From positions 1-20,325 of IMG/VR virus record IMGVR_UViG_3300045988_140777: 20,325 bases of DNA. One strand, given 5' to 3'. The notes under the pieces were generated by a model. That model worked only from the letters and a program-made list of their open reading frames with translations, made no database searches and was not told the DNA's origin. Origin of the DNA: a virus. Below are positions 1 to 8,945 of this stretch, piece by piece; position 1 is the first letter of the stretch; the number at the start of each line of letters is the position of its first letter. Both the position numbers and the translations under genes were made by a program.

Positions 1-1
1 A

Positions 2-853
2 AATACTAAAATAACGAAATATTTAGCAGTAAGTAAAATAGCAGGAGAAAGTTTTTATCAAAAAACAGGAATAAAGCCTGAAATAATATATAATCCATTA
101 AATATAGATAAACCTAAAAAGATATTAAAATTAATAAGTGCTACAAGACTAACAAATGAAAAAGGTTATAATCGAATGATTAAATTAGCAAAAGAACTTT
201 CTGATAAAAAAATACCTTTTGAGTGGCATGTGTTTACCAATAAATCTGATATTGATTCGGATTTTTTTATTGCACGAAAGCCAAAATTAAACATAATAAA
301 TGATATTGCAGAAGCAGATTATTTAGTTCAATTAAGCGATAGCGAAGGCTATTGTTACAATATAGTAGAAGCATTAAGTGTACGAACACCAGTAATATGT
401 ACAGATATTCCAGTAATAAAAGAGATAGGAGTAAATGAAAACAATTCTTATATATTGAATATGGATATGTCTAACACAAATGTAGACGAGATATATAAGA
501 AAATACCAAAAATAGAAAACTACAAAGCACCAGAATGCTTATTATTAAATTATATAAATAAAACTAAATCGAAATATGAGGAGGAAAGAAAAATGAAATA
601 CAAAGTAAAAGCATTAGATACTTATAAGAAGATGAATATTAGAGATGAACAGTTAGATAAAGTTCCAGACGAGGGAGAAGAATTTATAGTAAATGCAGAT
701 AGACTAGAAGTATTAAGTGGAAACAACTCATATGGAGTAAAATTCGTTGAAGTAGTTGAAAAGTTAGAAGAGATAGAGAAAGTAGAAACAGCAGTAAAAA
801 ATATAACAGCAGAGAAAGCAATTAAGAAAACAACAAAGAAGAAAACAAAATGA
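2..853 (+). CDS. Partial GT4-like glycosyltransferase (5' end outside window) with a C-terminal small phage domain
   Basis: Frame open from nt 2; motifs YNPLNIDKPKKILKLISATRLTNEKGYNRM and SEGYCYNIVEALSVRTPVICTDIP; ORF continues in frame to 853. Confidence 0.8.
   Translation, partial: NTKITKYLAVSKIAGESFYQKTGIKPEIIYNPLNIDKPKKILKLISATRLTNEKGYNRMIKLAKELSDKKIPFEWHVFTNKSDIDSDFFIARKPKLNIINDIAEADYLVQLSDSEGYCYNIVEALSVRTPVICTDIPVIKEIGVNENNSYILNMDMSNTNVDEIYKKIPKIENYKAPECLLLNYINKTKSKYEEERKMKYKVKALDTYKKMNIRDEQLDKVPDEGEEFIVNADRLEVLSGNNSYGVKFVEVVEKLEEIEKVETAVKNITAEKAIKKTTKKKTK
593..853 (+). CDS. Possible internally initiated 86-aa small phage protein (MKYKVKALDTYKKM...KKTTKKKTK), in frame inside the glycosyltransferase ORF
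   Basis: GAGGAGG at 578-584, 8 nt upstream of in-frame ATG 593; protein character changes sharply there. Confidence 0.5.
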   Translation: MKYKVKALDTYKKMNIRDEQLDKVPDEGEEFIVNADRLEVLSGNNSYGVKFVEVVEKLEEIEKVETAVKNITAEKAIKKTTKKKTK

Positions 854-1162
854 CACAAAGAGATAATCCACTAATTGCTGCTAAATACAAAAGTAAAAGA
901 TGGCAGAAACTAAGAAAGCAAAAACTAATAGAAACAAATAACTTGTGTGAAAGATGCTTAAAGAAGCGGAATATATAATAGTGCTTACATAGTTCATCAC
1001 AAAGAATATATAACAGAATCAAATTTTGGAGATGATGATATATTTTTCAATATAGATAAGTTGGAAAGTTTATGTCAAGAATGTCACAACAAAGAACATT
1101 TTAGCAATAATGAAGAAGAATATATATTTGATGAGAATGGAGATTTAATTAAGAATGGTTAA
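850..1162 (+). CDS. HNH endonuclease, one +1 shift at CGG 967-969 (103 aa reconstructed)
   Basis: ATGA overlap with upstream ORF; reconstructed CERCLKKGIYNSAYIVHHKEYI...CQECHNKEHF has the HNH histidines and two Cys pairs; located just before terminase. Confidence 0.85.
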
Positions 1163-1352
1163 TTGGAAATATATAATTAAATTAAGTAAGATATATAGTT
1201 GTAATTGTAAAAAGAATACTCAATGCAAAGCAAGGAATTGTTGTACTAATAATGGACTTTGTTCTCATACAACAGAATGGAGATATGCAAAAAGAACACC
1301 ACTAAATTATATTAAAAGAATAATAAATATTGTAAAAAACAAAAGTTTGTAA
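1155..1352 (+). CDS. Small cysteine-rich hypothetical phage protein
   Basis: 65-aa ORF with CNCKKNTQCKARNCCTNNGLCSHTTEWRYAKRTPLNYIKR; overlaps end of HNH. Confidence 0.5.
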   Translation: MVNWKYIIKLSKIYSCNCKKNTQCKARNCCTNNGLCSHTTEWRYAKRTPLNYIKRIINIVKNKSL

Positions 1353-1466
1353 AACAATAATACCCCCCCTACAAGACAAAAAAATGATTTTATGGGAGAA
1401 CGGTGGGTGGGCAACAAAAAAATCCAAACAGTTTTCACATGAGGGGTGTAGTTAGGAGGTGCAGAT

Positions 1467-1892
1467 GTGGATGAAGATGAAGTACTATCAAAAACGATTT
1501 TAGATGAAAATAACAATGAAAAGCTTACAAAAGAACAATTAGAAAATAAAAAGAAAAAAATAAAACAACAAAAAAATAAACTTACTAAAATATTCAAACA
1601 GTTAGACAAGAATACATTGTCGTTAGTACAAAATCTAATAAATGAAGTTGCTTTTATGTCTGTAACTCTTGAAGAAAATAGAACATATATTGAAGAACAT
1701 GGTGTGAAAGAGTTATACATGAATGGAAAAGGGCAATTTGGCTATAAAGAATCAGTAGAAAGCAAAAATTACAATGCAATGATAAAAAACTACACAAACG
1801 TAGTAAAACAACTTGTAGATTTTCTGCCTAAAGAGGAAAAGAAAAATGCAGGAGAAGAATTGCTTAAGTTTATAGCAAGTGGTAGAAAGTGA
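1467..1892 (+). CDS. terS: Phage terminase small subunit (P27-like)
   Basis: 141-aa acidic/basic helical ORF overlapping TerL start; position between HNH and TerL. Confidence 0.75.
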   Translation: MDEDEVLSKTILDENNNEKLTKEQLENKKKKIKQQKNKLTKIFKQLDKNTLSLVQNLINEVAFMSVTLEENRTYIEEHGVKELYMNGKGQFGYKESVESKNYNAMIKNYTNVVKQLVDFLPKEEKKNAGEELLKFIASGRK

Positions 1893-3529
1893 ACTATATA
1901 AAAGAATACATAAATGAAATAGAAAAAGGCAATATTATAGCAGGCAGAAAGATAATAAAAATATATAAAAGATTGTTAGAGGAAAGCAAAAATGAAAGCC
2001 TTCCTTTTTATTTTGATGAAGAAATTGGAGAAAGACCAATAACATTCATAGAGACTTTTTGCAAACAGTCTGAAGGTGAAATAGGCAAACCGATTAAATT
2101 AGAATTATTTCAAAAAGCTTATATACAAGCATTATTTGGATTTGTATATAGAGATACAGGTTACAGAAGATTTAATGAAACAATGTTTTTGGTAGGAAGA
2201 AAAAATGGAAAAACAACTATGCTATCAGCAATAGCTTTATATATGATGATTGCTGATGGAGAAGGTTCTGCTGAATGTTATTCTGTTGCAACTAAAAAGG
2301 ATCAGGCTTCAAAAGCTTTTAAAAGTGCTTGCTCTATGAGAGCACAGTCACCAGAAATAAGAGCAATAATCAATAAAAGACGAACAGATATGTATATGCC
2401 GACCACTTTTAGTAGTTTTGAACCACTGTCAAGTGATTCAGATACACTAGATGGATTAAACTCTCATTTAGTTATTATAGATGAGCTTCATGCAATAAAA
2501 GACAGAAATTTATATGAAGTAATGAAGCAATCTACATCATCTCGTAGACAGCCATTAGTTGTAATGATTACTACAGCGGGAACGGTTAGAGAATGTATTT
2601 TTGATGATATATATGATTATGCTAACAATATTTTAGAAGGAACAATAAAAAATGATGCCTTTTTACCAGTATTATATGAATTGGATAAAACAGAAGAGTG
2701 GAAAAATATAGAATGTTGGCAAAAGGCAAATCCTGGCTTAGGAACAATAAAGCAATATAAGTATTTAGTAGAACAAGTAGAAAGAGCAAAAGCAGATTTA
2801 AGTAGTAAGAAAGGAATACTTTGTAAGGATTTCAATATAAGAAATAACTCAGAAGAAAAATGGCTTGATTTTGATACTGTAAATAATGAAGAAATGTTTG
2901 AACTAGATGAATTGAAAGGAAGTTATGCTATAGGTGGCGCAGATTTATCAAGCACAACAGATTTGACTTGTGCAACATTACTAGTCATGAAACAAAAGAA
3001 GATATACATATTACAACATTACTTTATACCAGAAACTAAAATAGAGGAAAAAGCGGACAATGACAATGTTCCATACGATATATGGGAAAAAAGAGGACTG
3101 CTTACAGTATGCTCTGGAGCAAAAATAAATTATACAAATGTTACAGAGTGGTTTTTAAAGATGCATAATGAGTATGATATATCAGCTTTGTGGATAGGAT
3201 ATGATCCATGGGGCAGTCAATATTGGATAACAGAAATGGAAGAAGCAGGATTTGAAATGGAAAAAGTAATACAGGGAGCAAAGACAATGTCAAATCCAAT
3301 GAAACAACTAGAAGCGGATTTGAAAGAAAAAAAAGTAAATTACAACAACAACCCAATACTGAAATGGTGTTTATTAAATACAGCTATAGAAATTGATAAG
3401 AATGATAATATAAGACCAGTAAAAGGAAAAAAATCAAAGCAAAGAATAGATGGTGCAGTAAGCTTGATAGATGCTTATTGCGTTTTGTTTGACAAAATGA
3501 GTGATTATATAGCTTTACAGGAGGAATAA
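1889..3529 (+). CDS. terL: Phage terminase large subunit
   Basis: Walker A-like FLVGRKNGKTT, Walker B-like LVIIDELHAI, nuclease motifs AIGGADLSSTTDLTC and IDGAVSLIDAY. Confidence 0.95.
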   Translation: MNYIKEYINEIEKGNIIAGRKIIKIYKRLLEESKNESLPFYFDEEIGERPITFIETFCKQSEGEIGKPIKLELFQKAYIQALFGFVYRDTGYRRFNETMFLVGRKNGKTTMLSAIALYMMIADGEGSAECYSVATKKDQASKAFKSACSMRAQSPEIRAIINKRRTDMYMPTTFSSFEPLSSDSDTLDGLNSHLVIIDELHAIKDRNLYEVMKQSTSSRRQPLVVMITTAGTVRECIFDDIYDYANNILEGTIKNDAFLPVLYELDKTEEWKNIECWQKANPGLGTIKQYKYLVEQVERAKADLSSKKGILCKDFNIRNNSEEKWLDFDTVNNEEMFELDELKGSYAIGGADLSSTTDLTCATLLVMKQKKIYILQHYFIPETKIEEKADNDNVPYDIWEKRGLLTVCSGAKINYTNVTEWFLKMHNEYDISALWIGYDPWGSQYWITEMEEAGFEMEKVIQGAKTMSNPMKQLEADLKEKKVNYNNNPILKWCLLNTAIEIDKNDNIRPVKGKKSKQRIDGAVSLIDAYCVLFDKMSDYIALQEE

Positions 3530-4747
3530 ATGAAAGAGAAACGAAGTTTATTTAATATGGTTTTTGGAAACAAGGTGCAAAAAATTGTGGGATCATATTT
3601 GCAAATGATGACTGGATATAGACCAGTATTTTCTGGACAAGATTCTACAATAGAAAACAGTATAGATGCAATTAAATGTATTAATACAATAGCAACACAT
3701 GGAGCAAAAATGATACCAAAGCACATACAAAGTACGATATCTAACCATATAAAGGGAAATATTGATTTTATTATAAATACAAAACCAAATCCAATAATGA
3801 CTAAATATGATTTTTTGTATAAAACAATATTCCTACTTTATTCAAAAAATAATGTGTTCATATATATAGATAAAAATAAAGAAGGATACATAGAGGGCTT
3901 TTACCCATTAAATCCTGACAGATGCGAATTATATGAAATAAATAATGACATATGGATATGTTTTCAATTCACAAACGGACATCAATATATAATTAGATAT
4001 GATGAAGTTATACATTTGAGAAGAATGTTTAGTTTTCATGATATATATGGAAATAACAATGAAATATTAGAACAACCTATAAGAACTGCAAATACAACAA
4101 CAGAAGGAATAGAAAATGCTATTAAAACGAGTATGAGCATAAAAGGTGTATTAAAATACAATAATGCTATGTTAAAAAATAAAGATATTAAAGAAAATAG
4201 AGATCAATTCGTAGCTGATTTCATAGGAGATTTTGACAAAGGAAAAGGAATAGCAGGATTAGATGCAAAATCAGATTTTACACCAGTCAACCTAGAACCT
4301 ATAACATTGGATAAAGAACAATTAAGCTATGTAAAAAATGACATATTTGATTATTTTGGAGTATCTGAAAAGATAATTAGAGGCAACTACACAGAAGAGG
4401 AATGGAATGCTTTTTATGAATCAATAATAGAACCTCTCTCAATACAATTTGAAGATGGTTTCTCTATAAAGATTTTTAATGAAGCATCATTAAAGAAAGG
4501 ACATAGAATAGCTTTTACAACAAACAGAATAAAATATGCTTCTTTAAAAAATAAAATAAGCTTATTAAAAGAAGCAGGAGCATTAGGATTACTTACAAAA
4601 GATGATGGAAGAGAAATATTGGACATGACACCTTTAGGAGGAGAAGAAGGTGCGAAACTAATTCAAAGCCTAAATATGATAGACAGTTCAATAGCAAATG
4701 ATTATCAAGGAGGAAAGAAAAATGGAACAAGCAGTAAAAGAAATTAG
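3530..4747 (+). CDS. Phage portal protein, HK97 type
   Basis: Order TerL-portal-protease; NTKPNPIMTKYDFLYKTIFLLYSKNNVFIYI, FHDIYG, VSEKIIRGNYTEEEWNAFYESIIEPL. Confidence 0.93.
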   Translation: MKEKRSLFNMVFGNKVQKIVGSYLQMMTGYRPVFSGQDSTIENSIDAIKCINTIATHGAKMIPKHIQSTISNHIKGNIDFIINTKPNPIMTKYDFLYKTIFLLYSKNNVFIYIDKNKEGYIEGFYPLNPDRCELYEINNDIWICFQFTNGHQYIIRYDEVIHLRRMFSFHDIYGNNNEILEQPIRTANTTTEGIENAIKTSMSIKGVLKYNNAMLKNKDIKENRDQFVADFIGDFDKGKGIAGLDAKSDFTPVNLEPITLDKEQLSYVKNDIFDYFGVSEKIIRGNYTEEEWNAFYESIIEPLSIQFEDGFSIKIFNEASLKKGHRIAFTTNRIKYASLKNKISLLKEAGALGLLTKDDGREILDMTPLGGEEGAKLIQSLNMIDSSIANDYQGGKKNGTSSKRN

Positions 4748-5285
4748 AATGGGAGAAATAAGGTCGAATGAAAATGAAGAAGAAATGATACTTGAAGGTT
4801 ATGCAGTAGTTTTCAATAGTATTACAGATTTAGGATGGTGTAAAGAAATAATAGACAAAAATGCATTTAATGGATGTAATATGCAAGATTGTGTATTGAA
4901 ATATAATCATAATGACAGTTGTTTAATTTTAGCAAGAACAAGGAATAAAAGTTTGGAATTAACGGTAGATGATAGAGGGTTAAAAGTAAGAGCAAAGTTA
5001 ATTGATACAACAAATAATAAAGATATCTATAAAATGGTAAAAGAAGGATTGTTAGACAAAATGAGCTTTGCATTTACAGTAGCAGAAAGAAAATGGGATT
5101 ATGAAACAGACACAAGAACTGTGCTAAGAATATCAAGATTGTTTGATGTTAGTGTTGTGGACTTTCCAGCATACGATGAAACAGAATTATCTGCTAGAAG
5201 CAAAGAAAGTTATGAAAAGGAAAAACAAGAATATTTACAATTTAAGTTAGACAAGGAAAAATTAAAATTGAAATTAAGTTTATAA
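4722..5285 (+). CDS. HK97 family prohead protease
   Basis: LEGYAVVFNSITDLG...E.ID..AF...LKYNHNDSCLILARTRN...LSFAFTV...RISRLFDVSVVDFPAYDET; AGGAGG upstream of ATG 4722. Confidence 0.95.
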   Translation: MEQAVKEIRMGEIRSNENEEEMILEGYAVVFNSITDLGWCKEIIDKNAFNGCNMQDCVLKYNHNDSCLILARTRNKSLELTVDDRGLKVRAKLIDTTNNKDIYKMVKEGLLDKMSFAFTVAERKWDYETDTRTVLRISRLFDVSVVDFPAYDETELSARSKESYEKEKQEYLQFKLDKEKLKLKLSL

Positions 5286-5293
5286 TCTCGATA

Positions 5294-5325
5294 AGAGGAG
5301 CGGTGGTACAACTGCTTCTCTTTTT
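5294..5325 (+). terminator. Hairpin plus U-tract between protease and capsid genes (attenuator or processing element)
   Basis: 11-bp stem AGAGGAGCGGT/ACTGCTTCTCT (two G:U pairs), 6-nt loop, followed by TTTT. Confidence 0.6.
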
Positions 5326-5405
5326 GCTGGTACAAGTGAAATAGAGTTTTATAGAAACGGTGGTACAACTGTTGAAAAGTAAAGAAAAGAAAGGAAAGAT
5401 TTAAA

Positions 5406-6650
5406 ATGACAAAAAAGGAATTAGAAAAAAGAAAAGCTGAATTATTGAAAGCAATTGATGAAGCTGAAAATGATGAAAAATTAACAGAATTAAGAAGTGA
5501 GGTAGAAGCACTTCAAAAAGAAGAAATAACAGAAGATGAAGAAATAGATGAAAGAAGCCTATTAAGAAAAACAGTAGAAAATTTAGAATGTAGAAGTTTG
5601 GACACTTCAAAAATAAAAGAAATAAAAAAACCAGAAAAGGAGGAAAGAAAAGTGGATGAGAAAAAAGAAGTTTTAGAACAAAGAGGAGCAGACTTAAAAG
5701 CAGGTAAAAAAATAAGAGTTGAATTAGAAGAAAGATCAACAGTTGTTTCTAGTGGGGATTTATTAATTCCAAAAAAATACAAAAATACAATAGATGAGAG
5801 TTTTGAAGGAGTTTCTGGATTAGTAGATAGACTAAATACAGTACCACTAGAAGGTGGAGAAAGCTATTCAGTACCATTCGAAGTAGCATATGGAGAAGGA
5901 AATTATACTGGAGAAAATGCAGATTATAGTGAAACAGACCCTGAAACAGATTATGTAGAAACAGGTAGAGCAAAAATTACAGCATATTCTGAAATATCAA
6001 AAGAAGCTATAAAATTACCTAATGCAAATTATCAAGCTTTAGTAATTAAAAGAGTAAGAGATTCAATAAGAAAGAAAATAGGTAAACAAGCTATTATAGG
6101 AGCTGGAACTACAAATACAATAAAAGGTATTTATAATGCAGATGTAAAAGTAATGCCAACTGCAGAAGCTAAAACAGCAGATATTTCTTTAGCAGATATA
6201 GATATAGATGCTTTAAATACTATTGTATTTGCTTATGGAGGAGATGAATCTGTAGAATCAGAACAAGTTTTAATTTTATCAAAAAGAGATTTAGAGAAAT
6301 TTGCTAAAGTTAAAACAAGTGATGACAAATTTGTTTATAAAGTAACAAGAAAAGGACAAACAGGAACAATAGCATATGCAAATGGAGGATTAGAAGTACC
6401 ATATGTAATAAATTCTGCTTGCGGTTCATTGTCTGATTCTAAAACTGTAGCAGGAAAATATACACTTGTATATGGCTCATTGTCAAGTTACGAATTACCA
6501 ATATTTTCAGAATTAGAGATTGAAGAAAGCAAAGATTACAACTTCAAAAAAGGAATGGTATCATATAGAGGCGATGTAATAGTCGGTGGTACTGTGTCTA
6601 AATATAATGGATTCGTAAGGGTAAAAAAAGCTGGAACAGCTAGTGTCTAG
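5406..6650 (+). CDS. HK97-type major capsid protein with N-terminal coiled-coil delta/scaffold domain
   Basis: N-terminal coiled coil, then VVSSGDLLIPKKYKNTIDE..., EAIKLPNANYQALVIKRVRDSIRKKIGKQAIIGAG, QVLILSKRDL, MVSYRGDVIVGG. Confidence 0.95.
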   Translation: MTKKELEKRKAELLKAIDEAENDEKLTELRSEVEALQKEEITEDEEIDERSLLRKTVENLECRSLDTSKIKEIKKPEKEERKVDEKKEVLEQRGADLKAGKKIRVELEERSTVVSSGDLLIPKKYKNTIDESFEGVSGLVDRLNTVPLEGGESYSVPFEVAYGEGNYTGENADYSETDPETDYVETGRAKITAYSEISKEAIKLPNANYQALVIKRVRDSIRKKIGKQAIIGAGTTNTIKGIYNADVKVMPTAEAKTADISLADIDIDALNTIVFAYGGDESVESEQVLILSKRDLEKFAKVKTSDDKFVYKVTRKGQTGTIAYANGGLEVPYVINSACGSLSDSKTVAGKYTLVYGSLSSYELPIFSELEIEESKDYNFKKGMVSYRGDVIVGGTVSKYNGFVRVKKAGTASV

Positions 6651-6669
6651 TAAATAAACGGAGGATTAT

Positions 6670-6963
6670 ATGGAAAATAACATAGTGGATTTAGCGAAGC
6701 AATGCTTGAGCATTGCTTCAAGTGCTACATTAAAAGATGAGGAAATAAAAATGTGGGTTTTGTCAGGAATTGAAGACTTGAAACGTCAAGGTATTAACGT
6801 TGATTTAAAAAATCCATTAATTCAAGCATCAATTGTAATGTTTGTAAAATCTAACTTTGGGATGATAGATTTAAAAGATAAAGAGCTTGCTCAAAGAACA
6901 TATAATTCTCTATGTAGTAATTTGAGTTTAAGCAGTAACTTTAAGGAGGATGACAATGCGTGA
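6670..6963 (+). CDS. Phage head-tail connector (gp6-like)
   Basis: 97-aa helical ORF directly after capsid gene; synteny. Confidence 0.7.
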   Translation: MENNIVDLAKQCLSIASSATLKDEEIKMWVLSGIEDLKRQGINVDLKNPLIQASIVMFVKSNFGMIDLKDKELAQRTYNSLCSNLSLSSNFKEDDNA

Positions 6964-7264
6964 TGTGAGCTGTAAATTAATATCTATTATTTCTGAAGCT
7001 AATAGTATTGGAGTTAATAAACCCAAAAAGATAGTAAAAAAAGAAATACCTATAATTAGAATTGAAGATATATTTGCAAATGAATTTTATATTGCAAATG
7101 AAAAAGGTCATAAACCTTCTTTAAGACTTCGTATAAGTGCTTTGAATTACTCTGATGAAGAAGAATTAGAATATATGAACAAAAAATACTCAATTGTAAG
7201 AATACAAGAGGTAACAGCAGATGAAGTAATTTTAGTATGTGAGAGGAAAATAAAAAATGTCTAA
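6950..7264 (+). CDS. Phage head closure / head-tail adaptor protein
   Basis: Synteny and size; ...NKKYSIVRIQEVTADEVILVCERK. Confidence 0.5.
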   Translation: MTMRDVSCKLISIISEANSIGVNKPKKIVKKEIPIIRIEDIFANEFYIANEKGHKPSLRLRISALNYSDEEELEYMNKKYSIVRIQEVTADEVILVCERKIKNV

Positions 7265-7655
7265 ATCTATTAAACCAGAAGAGTTACAAGAAGCATTAAA
7301 AGAGTATATGTCAAATTATTTAGAAGATATTGAAGAAGGAGTAAAAGAAAAGACTAAAGAAATAACAAAAGAAGCTGTAGAAGAATTAAAACAAATATCC
7401 CCAAGAGGATATGGAAGAAAAGAGCCATATTATAAAGGATGGACAAAACAGGTAGGAAAACAAAATAAAGGTAAATACACAATTAAGATTCATAACAAAA
7501 CAAATTATCAACTTACACATTTGTTGGAGTTTGGACATGCTACTAGAAATGGTAAAATGACTAAAGCTATTCCACATATTCGACCAACGGAGGAAAAATA
7601 CAACAAACTATATGAAAAAGCAATTACAACAGTAATAAGGAGGAGGTCTAAATGA
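7257..7655 (+). CDS. HK97 gp10-like tail component
   Basis: PEELQEALKEYMSNYLEDIEEGVKE...SPRGYGRKEPYYKGWT...TNYQLTHLLEFGHATRNG.....PHIRPTEE. Confidence 0.88.
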   Translation: MSKSIKPEELQEALKEYMSNYLEDIEEGVKEKTKEITKEAVEELKQISPRGYGRKEPYYKGWTKQVGKQNKGKYTIKIHNKTNYQLTHLLEFGHATRNGKMTKAIPHIRPTEEKYNKLYEKAITTVIRRRSK

Positions 7656-7963
7656 CATTAGAAGAATTAAAATCAAAAAGTGAAAAAGAGGGCTTTCAAT
7701 ATGCTTATGGTAAGTTCGAAAAAACAGTAGAACCTCCACATTTAGTGGCAAAAATTAGCGATACGAAAAATTTTATGGCAGACAATAAAGTTTACAAAAA
7801 GAACTTGCCAATAAAATTGGACTATACTTATATAGTAAAGAATGTAGAAGAACAAAATAAAATAGAGGATAAAATTCTAGCCGATGTGGCTTGGAATAAA
7901 ACAGAAGAAACTTACTTTGCAGATGAAGAAGTCTGGCAAGTAAGTTATTTTTTTGAAATTTAA
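7652..7963 (+). CDS. Tail terminator/completion-like protein
   Basis: FEKTVEPPHLVAKISDTKNFMADNKVYKKNLPIKLDYTYIVKN...IEDKIL; synteny between gp10-like and major tail protein. Confidence 0.65.
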   Translation: MTLEELKSKSEKEGFQYAYGKFEKTVEPPHLVAKISDTKNFMADNKVYKKNLPIKLDYTYIVKNVEEQNKIEDKILADVAWNKTEETYFADEEVWQVSYFFEI

Positions 7964-7976
7964 GGAGGAAAAAATA

Positions 7977-8549
7977 ATGGGAAATAAAATTTTATTTGGA
8001 ATTAAAAATGTATATGTTGCAAAATTAACTGAAACAGATGGTGTTATAACTTATGGTACACCTTTTAAAATGCCAGGAGTAACGGGATTTTCTCCTGAAC
8101 CACAAGGAGAAACAACCAAATTTTTTGCTGACAATACGGTATATTTTATAGCAAATTCGAACCAAGGATACGAAGGCGACTTGGTACTAGCAATTACGCC
8201 AGAAGAATTTTTAACACAAATCTTAGGACAAACTAAAGATGCTAATGGAGCTGTAATTGAAAATGCTGATGATAAGGATGCAAGATTTGCTTTAATGTTT
8301 GAGGGAGATGGAGATGCTCAAAACAGAAGATGGGTGTATTGGGATTGTAAAGCTTCAAGACCATCAAGAGAGAACAATACTAAAGAAGAAAGTATTGAAC
8401 CAGGCACAGATAGCTTACCTATTACAATAAGTCCACGTTCTACTGACCGAGCAGTTAAGTGTTATATTGAACCAAGTGAAGAAAATCAAAGTGTTTATAA
8501 CAAATTTTTCGAAAAAGTTTATGAAAAAGATGCTACAGCTAGTGTCTAG
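7977..8549 (+). CDS. Phage major tail protein
   Basis: KNVYVAKLTETDG...YGTPFKMPGVTGFSPEPQGETTKFFADN.VYF...; RBS AAGGAGG upstream of ATG 7977. Confidence 0.88.
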   Translation: MGNKILFGIKNVYVAKLTETDGVITYGTPFKMPGVTGFSPEPQGETTKFFADNTVYFIANSNQGYEGDLVLAITPEEFLTQILGQTKDANGAVIENADDKDARFALMFEGDGDAQNRRWVYWDCKASRPSRENNTKEESIEPGTDSLPITISPRSTDRAVKCYIEPSEENQSVYNKFFEKVYEKDATASV

Positions 8550-8558
8550 GAGGTAAAA

Positions 8559-8945
8559 ATGAAAAAAATAGAAATTTGCGGTAAGGAGTATCCAATTGAA
8601 TGTAGTGCATATTCTTATGTTAAATTTGTAAATTTTTTTAATAAAAGTATGACAGAAGATATACAAATATTAAAAGATTATTTGGTAAGGCAAACAATAA
8701 TTTCAAAACAAGTAGCTGAGAAAAACTTAAGTGATCAGGAAAGAATTGCTTTCGTATCTGAATATATGCAAAAATATGTAGGAGAATTTATAAGCTCAAT
8801 AACAAGAATTGCATGGATGATGATATATACAGCGAATAAAGAAATAGAAGAATATGAAAATTGGTTAAAATCTATAAAGAAATTTAATATAGATGATGAC
8901 TGGATTGTTGAGGTAGCGGAAATTGCCGTAGATTGCTTTTGTTGA
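8559..8945 (+). CDS. Tail assembly chaperone, G-type product
   Basis: 128-aa ORF between major tail protein and tape measure. Confidence 0.8.
   Translation: MKKIEICGKEYPIECSAYSYVKFVNFFNKSMTEDIQILKDYLVRQTIISKQVAEKNLSDQERIAFVSEYMQKYVGEFISSITRIAWMMIYTANKEIEEYENWLKSIKKFNIDDDWIVEVAEIAVDCFC

Noticed and set aside
1392-1442. Mini-ORF MGER... containing an in-frame CGG at 1401 as a seventh recoded site
   Set aside because: Neither the zero nor the +1 frame yields a sizeable protein; more likely a non-coding packaging-site region.
1307-1720. Minus-strand ORF of 137 aa and the other minus-strand ORFs antisense to late genes
   Set aside because: Ser/Phe/Leu-rich low-complexity translations typical of the antisense of AT-rich genes; no RBS or domain signal.
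5278-5381. Open frame reading ...SGGTTASLFAGTSEIEFYRNGGTTVEK in the protease-capsid gap
   Set aside because: No start codon, short, and explained by the nucleotide repeats and hairpin. The CGG here lies after the protease stop codon and so is not a coding CGG.
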